NCBI RefSeq assembly: GCF_004010195.1
Contig: NW_025215381.1
Span: 1,311,730-1,355,865 of the forward strand
Origin: Chiloscyllium plagiosum
Taxonomy: Eukaryota
Direction of reading: 5' to 3'
Length of the DNA: 44,136 nt
The number at the start of each line of letters is the position of its first letter. Position 1 is the first letter of the stretch. This document shows positions 1-11,975 of the stretch, piece after piece. A model generated the notes under the pieces. The model searched no databases. It was not told the DNA's origin and saw only the letters and a program-made list of their open reading frames with translations. A program made the translations under genes and the position numbers.

Positions 1-272
1 CCTCAGTACTGACCCTCTGACAGTGCGGCACTCCCTCAGGACTGACCCTCTGACAGTGCGGCACTCCCTCAGCTCTGACCCTCCGACAGTGCGGCACTCC
101 CTCAGTACTGACCCTCTGATGGTGCGGCACTCCCTCAGCACTGACCCTCTGACAGTGCGGCACTCCCTCAGCTCTGACCCTCTGACAGTGCGGTACTCCC
201 TCAGCTCTGACCCTCTGACAGTGCGGCACTCCCTCAGCTCTGACCCTCTGACAGTGCGGCACTCCCTCAGCC
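1..272 (+). repeat. 33-bp tandem array (CAGTGCGGCACTCCCTCAGTACTGACCCTCTGA), about 8 units, running off the window start
   Basis: Directly visible period; gives the 11-aa-repeat ORF 23..319. Unit resembles part of the shark Deu-domain SINE. Confidence 0.95.
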
Positions 273-1249
273 TTGTCACTGGGTGTATCAGGAGGGACTC
301 TGAAGCCACAATGCGGTGATTCAGAAGCGAAGGTGCTGTCTGTGGGGCCAGGCCATGCTGACATCCCCCAATCAGCTGCCATTATTCCCCTGACACCGAG
401 AGTTTCAGGCACCGGCCTGGCACGGTTTCACCACCAGTTCCGCTACTGATAGAAAGAAAGTGTCAGCATTTGAGAATGTGCACGGCAGACTTAAAGGAGC
501 CGCCTCAGGTTTCTCTGTGAATGTGCCAGCTCTCACGTCACCCACAGAGAAGAAACATGCAAATCGTGACAGCTGGTCTGAACAGATAGAGAGACACACT
601 GATAGGTTCCCATTACAATTGGCTGAGACTCTCATCTTCTCCTGACCCTGACTCCTGTCAGATTTCAATGCCCACAAAAATGGTTTCAGGCAAGCCAGCC
701 TGACAGCTGGAGTTTCAGTCGTTCCTGTTTAAAGTTTGCTAATTAAAAGCGAGTCTTTGAGAGAGCAAAAACAGAAGCGAACACACATGCAGGCTCATAA
801 AAAGTCCAGGCTCTCACAATCACATGCCTCGTCACACTTTCAAATTCACACACCCGCAGAAGCTCACACACTCCTGCACAAATTCACACAAAACTCATGC
901 TCACACACGTACACACACTCATTTTCCGCTCAGACACATAGGCAAGCAATGTCATAAACGCTCAAATGCACAAAGTCACGCCTTCACCACCCACACACGC
1001 AAACAGCCTCTCCTGGCAGAAGAGCTATTCCCTCCCCACCCGAAGTGTCCTCAGGCCAATATTTATCCCTAAACCAGCACAGTGTGACAGGAACAGATTC
1101 TCACGATTTCTTTCTGGAATTTAGCTGTGTGCCAGACATTGAAGGGAATATTTCAGATTAGAATTGACATGTTACAGGTCCCACCAGCCCTAATTAAAGA
1201 AAATGTTAAATATAGTATCAAATATAAAGAAGAAGCAGACGGTTACTCA

Positions 1250-1972
1250 AAGTGGGCTGGTGGATTACCCCATAGTGTTCAGGGATATGTAGGTATGGGT
1301 GGATTGGCCATGCTAAATTACCCCATAGTGTTCAGGGATGTGTAGGTTAGGGTGGATTGGCCGTGCTAAATTGCCCCATAGTGATCAGGGATGTGTAGGT
1401 TAGGGTGAATTGGCCGTGCTAAATTGCCCCATAGTGTTCAGGGATGTATAGGTTAGGGGGGATTGGGCATGCTAAATTGCCCCATAGTGTTCAGGGATGT
1501 GTAGGTTAGGGTGGATTGGTCGTGCTAAATTACCCCATAGTGTTCAGGGATGTGTAGGTTAGGGTGGATTGGCCATGAGAAATTGTCCCATAGTGTTCAG
1601 GGATGTGTAGGTTAGGGTGGATTGGCCATGCTAAATTACCCCATAGTGATCAGGGATGTGTAGGTTATGGTGGATTGGCCATGCTAAATTGTCCCATAGT
1701 GTTCAGGGATGTGTAGGTTATGGTGGTTTGGCCATGCTAAATTGCCCCATAGTGTTCAGGGATGTGTAGGTTAGGGTGGATTGGCCATGCTAAATTGCCC
1801 CATAGTGTTCAGGGATGTGCAGGCAAGATGGGTTAGCCATGGGAAATGCAGGGATACAGGGGTAAGGTTGGGGAAGCAGGTCTCGGTGGGATGCCCTTCA
1901 GAGTGCCGCTGCAGATTCGATGGGCTGAATGGCCTCTTCCAGCACTGTAGGGAATTCTAGGATTCTATGATC
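1250..1972 (+). repeat. HE1-type SINE 3' part with about 11 tandem copies of a 53-bp internal unit
   Basis: Unit GTGTAGGTTAGGGTGGATTGGCCATGCTAAATTGCCCCATAGTGTTCAGGGAT (agggat at 1281 and 1334), followed by the tail gggctgaatggcct...cactgtagggaattcta. Confidence 0.9.
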
Positions 1973-2904
1973 GAACCGAAGAAATGGAAGGGGGCCATTC
2001 TGCCCAACTTGTCCATGCCGACCCAAAGACACCCCGATGTCCTTTCTGATCCCACCTTCCTGCACACGGCCCACAGCCCTGCAGTGTACAGCCCTTAAGC
2101 TGCAGGTCCAGGTTCCTTTTAAAAGAGTCTCTGCCTCCACCACTAAGTCGGGCAGCGAATTCCAGATGCCCACCACCCTCTGTGTAAAAATGCCAGTGTC
2201 TTTAACTCAGTCACCTTCGGGGCATTTAAACAATCCTTGGATGAGCACATGGATGATGAATAGACAGCGTAGGGGGATTGACGTAGATTAGTTCACAGGT
2301 CGGTGCAACATTGAGGCCTGTTCTGTGCTGTATTGTTCTATGTTCTAGGTTCTATCCCCTCTAAACCTCTGCCACTTATCTTTAAGCTATGACCCTGGTC
2401 CTTGAACTCTCTGCTAAGGGAGACAGGTTCTCCCTGCCTCCCATGGGCTTTGATTTTTCTGCCATGGAACCTTGTAAATTGCCTTTCTAAAGTCCAGGTA
2501 AACAGCATCCACTGCACTAACCTCACTGATCCTCCTTGTCACTTCCTCAAAGAATTCAATCACGACCTTCCCTTGACAAAAGGTAGGTCAGCACGTCCAC
2601 AATGATTCTTACCAATTTTTTATGGATGCGCCAGACAAAACCTGTTCTGCCCAAAACTGCAAGAAATTGCAGAGAGTTGTGAACGCAGCCCAGTCCATCT
2701 CAAAAATCCATCTTCCTCGTGTTGATCCTGTATATACCAGCCCTGCCTCGTGAAAGCAGCCAACATAACAAAGACCCCTCCCACTCTGGTTATAGTCTTT
2801 TCCACCCTCTTGCATTGGGCAGAAGATACAAACATTTGAAAACACATAACAAAGGATTCAGGAACAGCTACTTTCCCGCTGTTATCAGACTTATGAAGGT
2901 ACTA

Positions 2905-4283
2905 TAGAGTCACAGCACAGAAACACACTCTTGATCCAACTCGTCCATGCTGACCAGGTATCCTAAATAAATCCAGTCCCATTTGCCAACACCTGGCACA
3001 TATTCTGCTTAACCCTTCCTATTCATATACCCATCCAGATGCCTTTTAAATGTTGTAATTGTACCAGCCTCCACCACTTCCTCTGGCAGCTCATTTCATA
3101 CACACACCACCCTCTGTGTGAAAACGTTGCCCCTTAGGTCTCTTTTATATCATTCCCCTCTCACCCTAAAGCTATGCCCTCTAGTTCTGGACTTCCCGAC
3201 CCCAGGGAAAAGACTTTGTCTATTTATCCTATCCATGCCCCACATGATTTTATAAACCTCTATAAGGTCACCCCTCAGCCTCCGACGCTCCAGGGAAAAC
3301 AGCCCCAGCCTATCCAGCCTCTCCCTGTAGCTCAAATCCTCCAACCCTGGCAACATCCTTGTAAATCTTTTCTGAACCCNNNNNNNNNNNNNNNNNNNNN
3401 NNNNNNNNNNNNNNNNNNNNNNNNNNNNNNNNNNNNNNNNNNNNNNNNNNNNNNNNNNNNNNNNNNNNNNNNNNNNNNNNNNNNNNNNNNNNNNNNNNNN
3501 NNNNNNNNNNNNNNNNNNNNNNNNNNNNNNNNNNNNNNNNNNNNNNNNNNNNNNNNNNNNNNNNNNNNNNNNNNNNNNNNNNNNNNNNNNNNNNNNNNNN
3601 NNNNNNNNNNNNNNNNNNNNNNNNNNNNNNNNNNNNNNNNNNNNNNNNNNNNNNNNNNNNNNNNNNNNNNNNNNNNNNNNNNNNNCAAATGGCTAGTTCT
3701 CCCTGTATTCCATGAGATCTAACCTTGCTAATCAGTCTCCCATGGGGAACCTTGTCGAACACCTTACTGAAGTCCATATAGATCACATCTACTGCTCTGC
3801 CCTCAACTATCCTCTGTTAATTCATCAAAAAACTCAATCAAGTTTGTGATACATGATTTCCCACGCACAAAGCCATGTTGACTATCCTGAATCAGTCCTT
3901 GCCTTTCCAAATACATGTACATCCTGTCCCTCAGGATTCCCTCCAACAACTTGCCCACGACCGAGATCAGGCTCACCGGTCTATAGTTCCCTGGCTTGTC
4001 TTTACCACCCTCCTTAAACAGTGGCACCACGTTTGCCACCCTCCAGTCTTCCGGTACCTCACCTGTGACTATCGATGATACAAATATCTCAGCAAGAGCC
4101 CAGCAATCACTCCTCTAGCTTCCCACAGAGTTCTTGGGTACACCTGATCAGGTCCTGGGGATTTATCCACCTTTATGTGTTTATTGCTCCCCAACACCTC
4201 CTCCTCCGGACACTTGTCAAGATGTTCCCATCTATTTCCCTACATTCCATATCATCCATATCCTTCTCCACAGTAAACACTGA
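2905..4283 (-). mobile_element. CR1 (HER1-like) LINE, degenerate ORF2 RT to 3' end
   Basis: Minus-strand peptides NVVPLFK..PGNYRPVSL, QHGF..KSCITNL, IYMDFSKVFDKVPH, LGLFSLERRRLRGDLIEVYK; contains an N gap. Confidence 0.92.
3380..3685. other. Assembly gap (306 N)
   Basis: Run of N. Confidence 1.
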
Positions 4284-4589
4284 CTGGAGTTGATCTTCCT
4301 CTGCACCTTCCATGTGGCTGTAACACTATATTCTGCATTCTGTTCTTTTACCCTGACGTACCTATGTAAGGTATGATTTACCCTCGCCTGTGCCTAGTGA
4401 AGACTGGGGGCAAATGAGACTAGATTAGATTAGGATATCTGGTCGGCATGGACAAGTTGGACCGAATGGTCTTTTTCTATGCTGTACATCTCTCTGTCTC
4501 TAAATGGATCCCTGCTGGCCATGACTAAAGGCTTCAGAATTTCCCAAAATGTGTCATAGTCTGATTAAAGAAAAACTTTTTATTTAAAT

Positions 4590-4900
4590 GTAGCTCCTGT
4601 CCTGATGCAGAAAACACAGCAGCCAACATAGTTGCCCCAAACTCCCACCGACAGCAATGTGATCACGAGCTGATAATGTGCCTAGTTTTCAAATGGAACT
4701 GATTGAAGGGGATAGAGGTAAGAACTCTTCCTTCTTCTGAACAGTAGCTCTGGCCCAAAAGGGTAGGCCAGGCCATGGTTTAATGGTTCATTGGAAAAAC
4801 AGTGCAGCAAAATCCTCAATACTGGGGTTTACTGCATGGATTATGGACCTGGGTCACTGGGGGCACTCTCTGACCCCAAGGTGAGAATGGATCCCAGTGC
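4590..4900 (+). mobile_element. Degenerate Deu-domain (SacSINE1-like) SINE remnant
   Basis: gcagaaaacacagcagccaa...cagcaatgtgat...ggtttaatgg...cagtgcagca matches the recalled DeuSINE core; a reverse copy lies near 1010-1140. Confidence 0.55.
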
Positions 4901-5253
4901 CTCTCTCCCCACACAACTACAGCTAGCCATTGTGTTCCCCACACCCCAGTGAGTCCAGGTGACATTTGAATCAAGGCCGTAGGATATGAAAGGTCACGGT
5001 CTATGCCATGCTAAACCCCAGGCACAGGGATTCCTGCTCCCCACCCCAATCTACAGGGGTTTGTAATGCTAAATTACACGCATCCATATCTTGGGAGTGA
5101 AGGACTGGTCTCTTGCTTAGAGATATTGGGAACACAAGGTCTGATTGAGATATCCCAGGATTGATCATCCAAACATGACAAAAAGAATCCCCACGAGGTC
5201 CGAAGAGCTGCAGTTTGATGTGGAAACACTCACTTTAGTCAATCAAACAAAGC

Positions 5254-5259
5254 TTTATT
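5254..5259 (-). promoter_or_regulatory. Candidate poly(A) signal of the TIPARP-like gene (implies a 3' UTR of about 3.8 kb)
   Basis: AATAAA on the minus strand in unique AT-rich sequence, followed by a GU-rich tract (ttgtttgattgactaaagtgagtgttt). Confidence 0.45.
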
Positions 5260-5624
5260 TACAACACTACCTTTAAAAAAATTACATTGGATTTCTTGCA
5301 TCCTTTTGTTTTATGAACAGAGAATAAATAAAATTTCATTTCTTGCGGACATCCCACAATTGGTAATTCTGATCAAATCAAGTCCAACGTTCCCTTCCCA
5401 TAGTCTTTCTGCCTTCAATGATCCTGTGCCCTAGTTCTCGCAGACTGATTTTGGAGACCAGCTTTGCTCTCTTCAAGAATCTTCACTGTCCAACGCTGCC
5501 GTCCTCCCATCTGCCTCTGAGGCTGGAGCATCAGGAGACAGTGATGGGACTTCATCTGGAAATCAGATGGATACTTTCGGGATCTAGTGGGAATTGGGAT
5601 TGACTGGATAGCTCTACATTCTGG

Positions 5625-5708
5625 ATCAGTGGTGCTGGAAGAGCACAGCAGTTCAGGCAGCATCCGAGGAGCTTCAGCAAAATCGACGTTTCGGGCAAAA
5701 GCCCTTTT
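5625..5708 (-). mobile_element. Penelope-like element terminal fragment with truncated hammerhead
   Basis: Minus strand gggcttttgcccgaaacgtcgatttt...gatgctgcctgaactgctgtgctcttccagcacc; the CUGANGA half is missing. Confidence 0.75.
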
Positions 5709-5854
5709 TACCTTGTTTTTATCTTTTTACCCTGGATAGCTCTACAGCCAGCTGTAATGATCTTGATTGGCCGATAAGCCTCCATCTCATGGGCTCTAAC
5801 CACGCTGTCAGCCCAGCAGTCACAGATGAAAATACCCAGATGTTTTGAACCGTC

Positions 5855-6062
5855 AGAAATAATAGGGGCATGGAATGGCCTGCCTGCAACAGCTGTAGAC
5901 TCGCCAACTTCAAGGGCATTTAAATGGTCATTGGGTAGACAAATGGACGAGAATGGAACAGTGTAGGTGAGATGGGCTTCAGATTGGTTCCACAGGTTGG
6001 CGCTACATCGAGGGCTGAAGGGCCTGTACTGCGCTGGAATGTTCTCTGTTCGAAGCATAGAG
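5855..6062 (+). mobile_element. CR1 LINE 3' end fragment
   Basis: gcatggaatggcctgcctgcaac...ggcgctacatcgagggctgaagggcctgtactgcgctg; reverse match at 38140-38320. Confidence 0.75.
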
Positions 6063-7363
6063 ACTTACAGATCGAAAACCCCTCACTCCCGTCACTGCTG
6101 TAACCCTGCCGCTGCAAACTCAGACCCTGGCAAAATGGTTGGAACCACCTGCTGCACACATCTTGCTTTCGAGATTTCCATCGCCACCCGCTGCAGATTG
6201 GGGATGGTACAGCTCTGAGGAGGCACCTGCGCTTTGCAAGGACAGATTTAACTAGCCCTCAGTCTAACTCCATCGGTGTCAGTCTCTCACTGTCTCAGTG
6301 CCTTGTGCCTATCTGTCGGTATCTTAGTGACTCTGTGATTCTTTCTAGCTAGCTGCTTTACGTCTGTGTTCTCTGAGGAGGTGTGCACTGTCTCTTGCTC
6401 CCTCTGCACTTATCTCTCTCTCTCTCTCTCTCTCTGTGTCTAGCTCCTTCTGTCTCTCCTACTTGCCTGGCCTCTCTCCCTATTTCCTCTCCTGAGCTAG
6501 ATTATGAACTGCACACTGCTTTGTTTCCACATTAAAGCATTCCCCTCACACAGCGGAAGCGCATTCCAACAGGAATTTTCAAAAGGTGGGGGGAGATCGG
6601 AGGTATAAGGACAAGATTTGCATGGGTTGTGGGGACGTTGGGAGTGATCAGATAGCTCTTTAGCAATGGGCTGGCATAGGCCTCCTCCTATAACACCCAA
6701 CTATTGCTGTGATAGATGGATTACTGGAGTAGCCAAATTAAAACCCCAACGACCTCAAGAATAGGACCTCCTATTCTGAAAGGCCCTCATTCCCACTGGG
6801 ACTTTGACTCCAAATGGGGAGCGTCCAGTCAGATGCTCCGAGGTCTCATTCCTGTACATGTCCTGGGAATGTGAAACCTGCCATGGCTGACGGTTTCCCA
6901 CCTGAGGGGAAGGTACCCACAGGTCTCATGGGAGGACAAGTCCAGTACAGGCACACTTGGGATCTCCCTGTGCGGAAACTCACTCTGCAGATGATCCTGC
7001 TGCCAAATCCAGGGTAGGGGGGAACTGTTGGGTGGAGTTGAGGGTGTGGGAGGGGGTAAAGGGCTTTGCCGTGTTTTGGGGGTAGGAGGAGATGGGGTGC
7101 TAGTCCAGAAAGCACACACACTGCCCTCCTGTACCTCCCTGCACAGGTACCTGCCCAACCCCTTCCCCCCCAGTGTTGACACCTCTGGCAATGGAGACTG
7201 CAGCGTCTCAGCGCCACGATGTGGAGCCGGCCTCCAACAGGCCGAAACGCTGCACTCTCACCTCACTTCCTGCAGGGTGGCTGATTGCTCATTCAATCCA
7301 AGAAACAGCACTCCCGCAACCAAAACGACACTGGCAACGTAGGACAGGATTCGGCTGTAATGT

Positions 7364-7669
7364 AGTGGCACGGTGGTTAGCACTGCTGCCTCACAGCGCC
7401 AGAGACCCGGGTTCAATTCCCGCCTCAGGCGACTGACTGTGTGGAGTTTGCATATTCTCCCCGTGTCTGCGTGGGTTTCCTCCGGGTGCTCCGGTTTCCT
7501 CCCACAGTCCAAAGATGTGCAGGTTAGGGTGAATTGGCCACGCTAAATTGCCTGTAGTGTTAGGTAAGGGGTAAATGTAGGGAAATAGGTCTGGGTGGGT
7601 TACGCTTCGGAGGGTCGGTGTGGACTTGTTGGGCCGAAGGGCCTGTTTCCACACTGTCAGTAAGTAATC
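7364..7669 (+). mobile_element. HE1-type tRNA-derived SINE in the putative TIPARP 3' UTR
   Basis: ggttagcactgctgcctcacagcgccagagacccgggttcaattccc (B box) through ttgggccgaagggcctgtttccacactgt; flanked by direct repeat TGTAGTGGCA (7361-7370 and 7670-7679). Confidence 0.92.
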
Positions 7670-8664
7670 TGTAGTGGCAGTGGCATGTTTCAGAGGGAAG
7701 AGCTCAGTCCGTTCCTTGGGTCTCTCCATCACTGGGGGTTCCACAGAATCCCCACAGTGTGGGGTCAGGCCCTTCGGCCCACCAAGCCTGATCGAGAGAG
7801 GATCATGGGAAAGAGGAACAGGCCATTGAACCCAGCAGGTTTGCTCTGCTATTCAACATGATCATGGCTGAGGTCTTTCAGCTCCGTTTCCTGCACTATA
7901 CCTTGATAGCCATAACATCTGGAAATCTGTTAATCTCCTTTTGGAACATACTCAGTGATGGTCCCTCCACAGGCGCGTGCAGTAGAGTACTCCCAAGATT
8001 TACTATCCTCTGAATAACGATATTCCAACTCAGCTCAGTCGCTTAGTGGGAGGCTGGGTCCCCTTATTCAAAACTCTCCCCCAGCCCCACTTCCCAGCTC
8101 GGGGGGGAACCATCCTTCCTGCATCCATCTGATCGCTGCCATCGGTTTATTGGAACTCCTGTGACGGTTGACGATCACAGTGCTGAATGGCCACAAAGTC
8201 AAACTAGATCTTTGCTGTTAATCCCCGTGTTGCTAAGATGGAACATTAGATCCGCTGTGACCGACCAAGTGATCCGAACAGCAGATGCCCCCACGCCCCG
8301 CTGGATATTGGGGCAAGGCCCCAAGAGGCTGTAGTACTTCCTGCCCGTTCCCAAAGAGACTGAAAGACCGGGATAGCTAGAGGCAGAAAAGGCCCTAACA
8401 AACAAAACACCACACAGTGGTTGTAGCAAGATTTTAAGAAGAGGAAAGAGCCAAACAGGATTCCTGGGTTGCCAGGGTCAGGGGTTAGGGGAGTAGCAAC
8501 AAAGAATGAGAGCAAACGATCAAATTGGGAGGCCGGGAGGGGGGATGGAAACTGAAAGGAAAGGGGGTCAGAACCCAGAGGGAGGGCTGCCTCAGCATTT
8601 CGTTCATCCCTATTGTCACGGACGCTTATCCCCATCCCAGAACCCCACCCCGCCCTGTTTATTT

Positions 8665-8960
8665 TTTAACCAAAATCAATATTCGCAGAATGCGGGTGTC
8701 AGCATTCATCGTCCATCTTTGACATCCTGGAGAAGATGGCGGTCAGCTGCCTTCTTGAACCGCTGCAGTCCGTGTATGGTCTGAGAGAGAGAGTATCATG
8801 AAGGAAGGAGTTCCAGGATTTTGACCCAGCGACACTGAAGGATGTATTTCCGAGTCAGGATACTGAGGGGAACTGGCGGGGTTGGGGGTGCGGCAGTGTT
8901 CCCATGTATCTGCTGCTCCTTAATTTTCCACATGGTGGGGAGGGGAGGGTGTGTGAGAGG
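8665..8960 (-). mobile_element. LINE 3' region (CR1/L2-group) just downstream of the stop codon
   Basis: Reverse complement of the family seen at 16420-16920 (gccttcttgaaccgctgcagtcc...gttcccatgtatctgctgc). Confidence 0.55.
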
Positions 8961-9017
8961 TATTATTGGCATCTGTCGTTGGCATCGTCGTAGGGAAGTG
9001 ATGGAGGTGACCACCCA

Positions 9018-9468
9018 TCATCTAACGGTGATGCTGTTCCCCACCTCTTTGTACTTTACCACAAAGTAGGGAAAGCATTGGTCATTGTCAAACAGGACGA
9101 AAATCTGGGGGTCATAAGTGCTGTCCACGCAGGAGTTGAAGAGGTCACTGCTGGGGTCACTGGGGGTGACAGCCGGAGGTCTCCGCATGGGTGGCTTGCC
9201 CACGGTATGCCTGCCCACCAGGACCTTGGACAGAAACATGTAATGGACTCCTTCCTCGGAACGCTGGGCGTACCTGTGGGAGTAGCTGGACTTCCGGGCA
9301 AAGTAGCTGCCCTGGCCGTAGAGAGTGGCGTGTCGCCCGGACACTCGCGGGTCAAAGTTGTGCTTGCAGATGCCATCGATGGAGAGCTCGGAGGTCCCGT
9401 GGAACAAGTGCCTCTCATTCAGCACCCTCTCCCGTTCCGACAACTTGCGAGCCATGTACTGCTTCTTC
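9018..9468 (-). CDS. TIPARP: TIPARP/PARP7-like last coding exon: PARP catalytic domain
   Basis: Translates (R)KKQYMARKLSERERVLNERHLFHGTS...CKHNFDPRVSGRHATLYGQGSYFARKSSYSH...MFLSKVLVGR...MRRPP...SCVD...PQIFVLFDNDQCFPYFVVKY...TVR*, closely resembling the vertebrate TIPARP C-terminus. Acceptor ttcactgacag|G (AG at 9470-9469), phase 2; TGA at 9020-9018. Confidence 0.93.
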
Positions 9469-10671
9469 CTGTCAGTGAAGAAAGGACTGAGATGGTCAGG
9501 GAGACGGGGACAGAGAGAGAGAGAGAGACACAGAGAGAGAGAGACAAAAAGCAATGTCTCATTTTCCACACCATTCCCCGCCAAAACGCCTTCTCCACTC
9601 GGAGACTGGGGAGAACGTGGGACTCACTCCCACAGGCATTGATACGTTAAGGGGGATAAACGCAGGCGGTGAAGCGGGGAGGGGGGGCAGGGAAGTTCAG
9701 GAACAGCCGTTCACAGGGGGATTGTGCTGACCAGAAATACCAGAAGGGAGCAGACGGGCTCAGTGGACTGCTCCATTATTCTGTTTCTAATATCAGCTTC
9801 CCTCTCTTTAACCATATCCTTGTTACTAAACTCAGCAGCTTCCTTACCAAAGAAACATTGACAGCGCAGAAGATGGCCTTTCAGCCCATCACTGTTTGTG
9901 AATGCTACTCTCTACCTAATATTAAAGACCGCTATCAGGTCATCCTCGAGTGCGTATCACCCAGTACTAGAGCAGAGAACACTCAGGCACAGAAACAGGC
10001 TCTTCGGCCTGCCACGGCTGTACTGGCCATGATGCGTTAAGGGGGTAAACTAATCCCATCAGCCTGCACAGCCCTCTGTTCCATGTCTGTCTCAAACGTT
10101 TGCTACTGTATCTGCCTCGATCACCTCCCAGGGCAGCTCATTGCAAGCACCTCGAGTAAAAAAGACTTTCCTGGACGATTTCTGTTAAATGGTAGCCCCC
10201 CTCCCCCCGCCACCTTAAACCTCGCCCCTGTCCCGGGACCCGATCTGGGCTCCAGGGCTCTCCAGATTTTAGAAGAACAAGAATTGGTTGCATTCAAACG
10301 TGTCAAATTCTTCAGAGGGTTTGACGGGGTCAATCAACAATGATAGGCTCCCCATCCCCCAAGACCACAGGCCTCAGGATAAGAGGGTGGCTGTTTAGGG
10401 CTGAGGTAAGGGAAATCGTCTTCATCCCACACACCCACCCCCAACCCCACTTTGAGATTCTCTCCCCTAAAGGGCTGCAGAGTGGTGCGGTTCAAATCCC
10501 ATTCCAGACCGTCGGCCACAGGATAGAGGCCGACATTTCCCAGCATCCCCAAGCGCCTCACTGTCTGGATCTAAGAAAGCCTAAGGTGGGCCTGAGTAAT
10601 GAGCAGGGCAGAAGCTTGCTGGTGCACGCTTTTATCCCTAGGCTGCTGTACCTGGCAATAATACAGTTGTC

Positions 10672-10840
10672 AAAAAGTCTGGTTCTGGAAAAGCACAGCC
10701 GGTCAAGCAGCATCCGAGGAGCACGAGAGTCAACTTTTCGAGAAATACGCCCTTCCTCAGGAATGTGATGCTGCTGTGCTTTCTCAGCGCCACACGTTTG
10801 GACTCTAATCTCCAGCATCTGTATGTCCTCACTCTCTCCT
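10672..10840. mobile_element. Penelope-derived palindromic insert, degenerate hammerhead
   Basis: ctggaaaagcacagc...gcccttcctcaggaat, then inverted gctgtgcttt...cagcatctg. Confidence 0.7.
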
Positions 10841-11117
10841 CATAATCCGGTTGCAGGATGATTCCCCACGCAAGAATTTTCTACTTCACGACACGAACTT
10901 GCTGCAAGAGCTGTTAGGGTGGATGTGAAAGGCTTTGGGAAGTCTCAAGGGGGTGAAGCAGTAAGTATCCACAAACAGCAAGCTGCAAACAAACAAAGCA
11001 GCTGTTCGTGCTGAGACTGCTTCAGGATCAATAATGCCCCAGATAGTGGTGGTCAGTCCAACAACATAATCGCCACATCTAGAGGGGGAGATGGAGCTTT
11101 GATTTAACATCTCATCT

Positions 11118-11435
11118 GTGGGCGGCACGGTGGCACAGTGGTTAGCACTGCTGCCTCACAGCGCCATGAGACCCGGGTTCAATTCCCGCCTCAGGCGACT
11201 GACTGTGTGGAGTTTGCACGTTCTCCCTGTGTCTGCGTGGGTTTCCTCCGGGTGCTCCGGTTTCCTCCCACAGTCCAAAGATGTGCAGGGTCAGGTGAAT
11301 TGGCCATGCTAAATTGCCTGTAGTGTTAGATAAGGGGTAAATGTAAGGGTATGGGTGGGTTTCGCTTCGGCAGATCGGTGTGGACTTGTTGGGCCGAAGG
11401 GCCTGTTTCCACACTGTAATCTAATCTAAATCTAA
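11118..11435 (+). mobile_element. HE1-type SINE, full length, inserted in a Deu-domain SINE
   Basis: A box tggcacagtgg, B box gggttcaattccc, (aatct)n tail; interrupts ttaacatctcatctg...aaagacagtg. Confidence 0.93.
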
Positions 11436-11438
11436 AGA

Positions 11439-11580
11439 CAGTGTGGTACTCCCTCAGCATTGACCCTCTGACAGTGCGGCACTCCCTCAGCATTGACCCT
11501 CTGACAGTGCGGCACTCCCTCAGCACTGACCCTCTGACAGTGCGGCACTCCCTCAGCACTGCACTGGGACTGTCGGCCTG
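11439..11580 (+). repeat. 33-bp tandem array (about 4 units) within a Deu-domain SINE
   Basis: Same unit as 1-272; ends in cagcactgcactgggactgtcggcctg. Confidence 0.88.
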
Positions 11581-11796
11581 GGTTCTGACCTCAAGATGTT
11601 TGTAGTGGGACATGAGCACACAGCCTTGGCAGTGAGAGATTGCTCCAATGAGCTGAAGCCCTTGTCAAGATCAGATCTGTGCTGTAACACTGACTCTGTT
11701 CTACCTGTTGTGGTTTAATCTTTCCATCAATACCTACCCAAATAACAACAACCTCTCTGTACATAGCACCTTCACGAAGGCCACATACGGAGATAA

Positions 11797-11975
11797 GTGT
11801 GGTGCTGGAAAAGCACAGAAGGTCAGGCAGCATCTGAGGAGCAGGATTCCTGATGAAGGGCTCCTAACCAAAACGTCGATTCTCCTGCTCCTCAGATGCT
11901 GCCTGACCTGCTGTGCTTTTCCAGCACCACTCTAATCTTGACCTTGATCTCCAGCGTCTGGAGTACCCACTTCTA
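11797..11975. mobile_element. Penelope-derived palindromic insert with TSD
   Basis: Inverted arms agtgtggtgctggaaaagcacag...gagcagga / tcctgctcc...ttttccagcaccac around ctgatgaaggg..aaaacgtc; flanked by CCACATA(C/A)GGAGATA. Confidence 0.85.

Larger units (their letters stand above)
2580..4380 (+). mobile_element. Rex1/Babar-type LINE 3' fragment, split by a CR1 insertion (2580-2900 and 4285-4380)
   Basis: caagaaattgcagagagttgtgaacgcagcccagtccatc...ttcaggaacagctacttt; resumes at gctgtaacactatattctgcattctg; matches the copy at 22595-22985. Confidence 0.65.

Noticed and set aside
330..1000. Unique sequence with short ORFs and a CA-rich tract as an exon or promoter
   Set aside because: No convincing splice pair, motif or CpG island; cannot be supported from sequence alone.
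9469..9584. N-terminal extension of the 188-aa ORF (MAGNG...LSLSL)
   Set aside because: Intronic (CT)n polypyrimidine tract upstream of the acceptor.
9078..9650. 190-aa and other plus-strand ORFs over the PARP exon
   Set aside because: Antisense shadows of a GC-rich coding exon; no recognisable motif.
10867..10873. TTGCGTG xenobiotic response element (also 996-1002), since TIPARP is an AHR target
   Set aside because: Isolated 7-mers far from any known promoter and expected by chance; the GCGTG cores in HE1 lack the full consensus.
11118..11195. SINE heads as tRNA genes
   Set aside because: A and B boxes are present but run into a shared SINE body and LINE-like tail, in many diverged copies.
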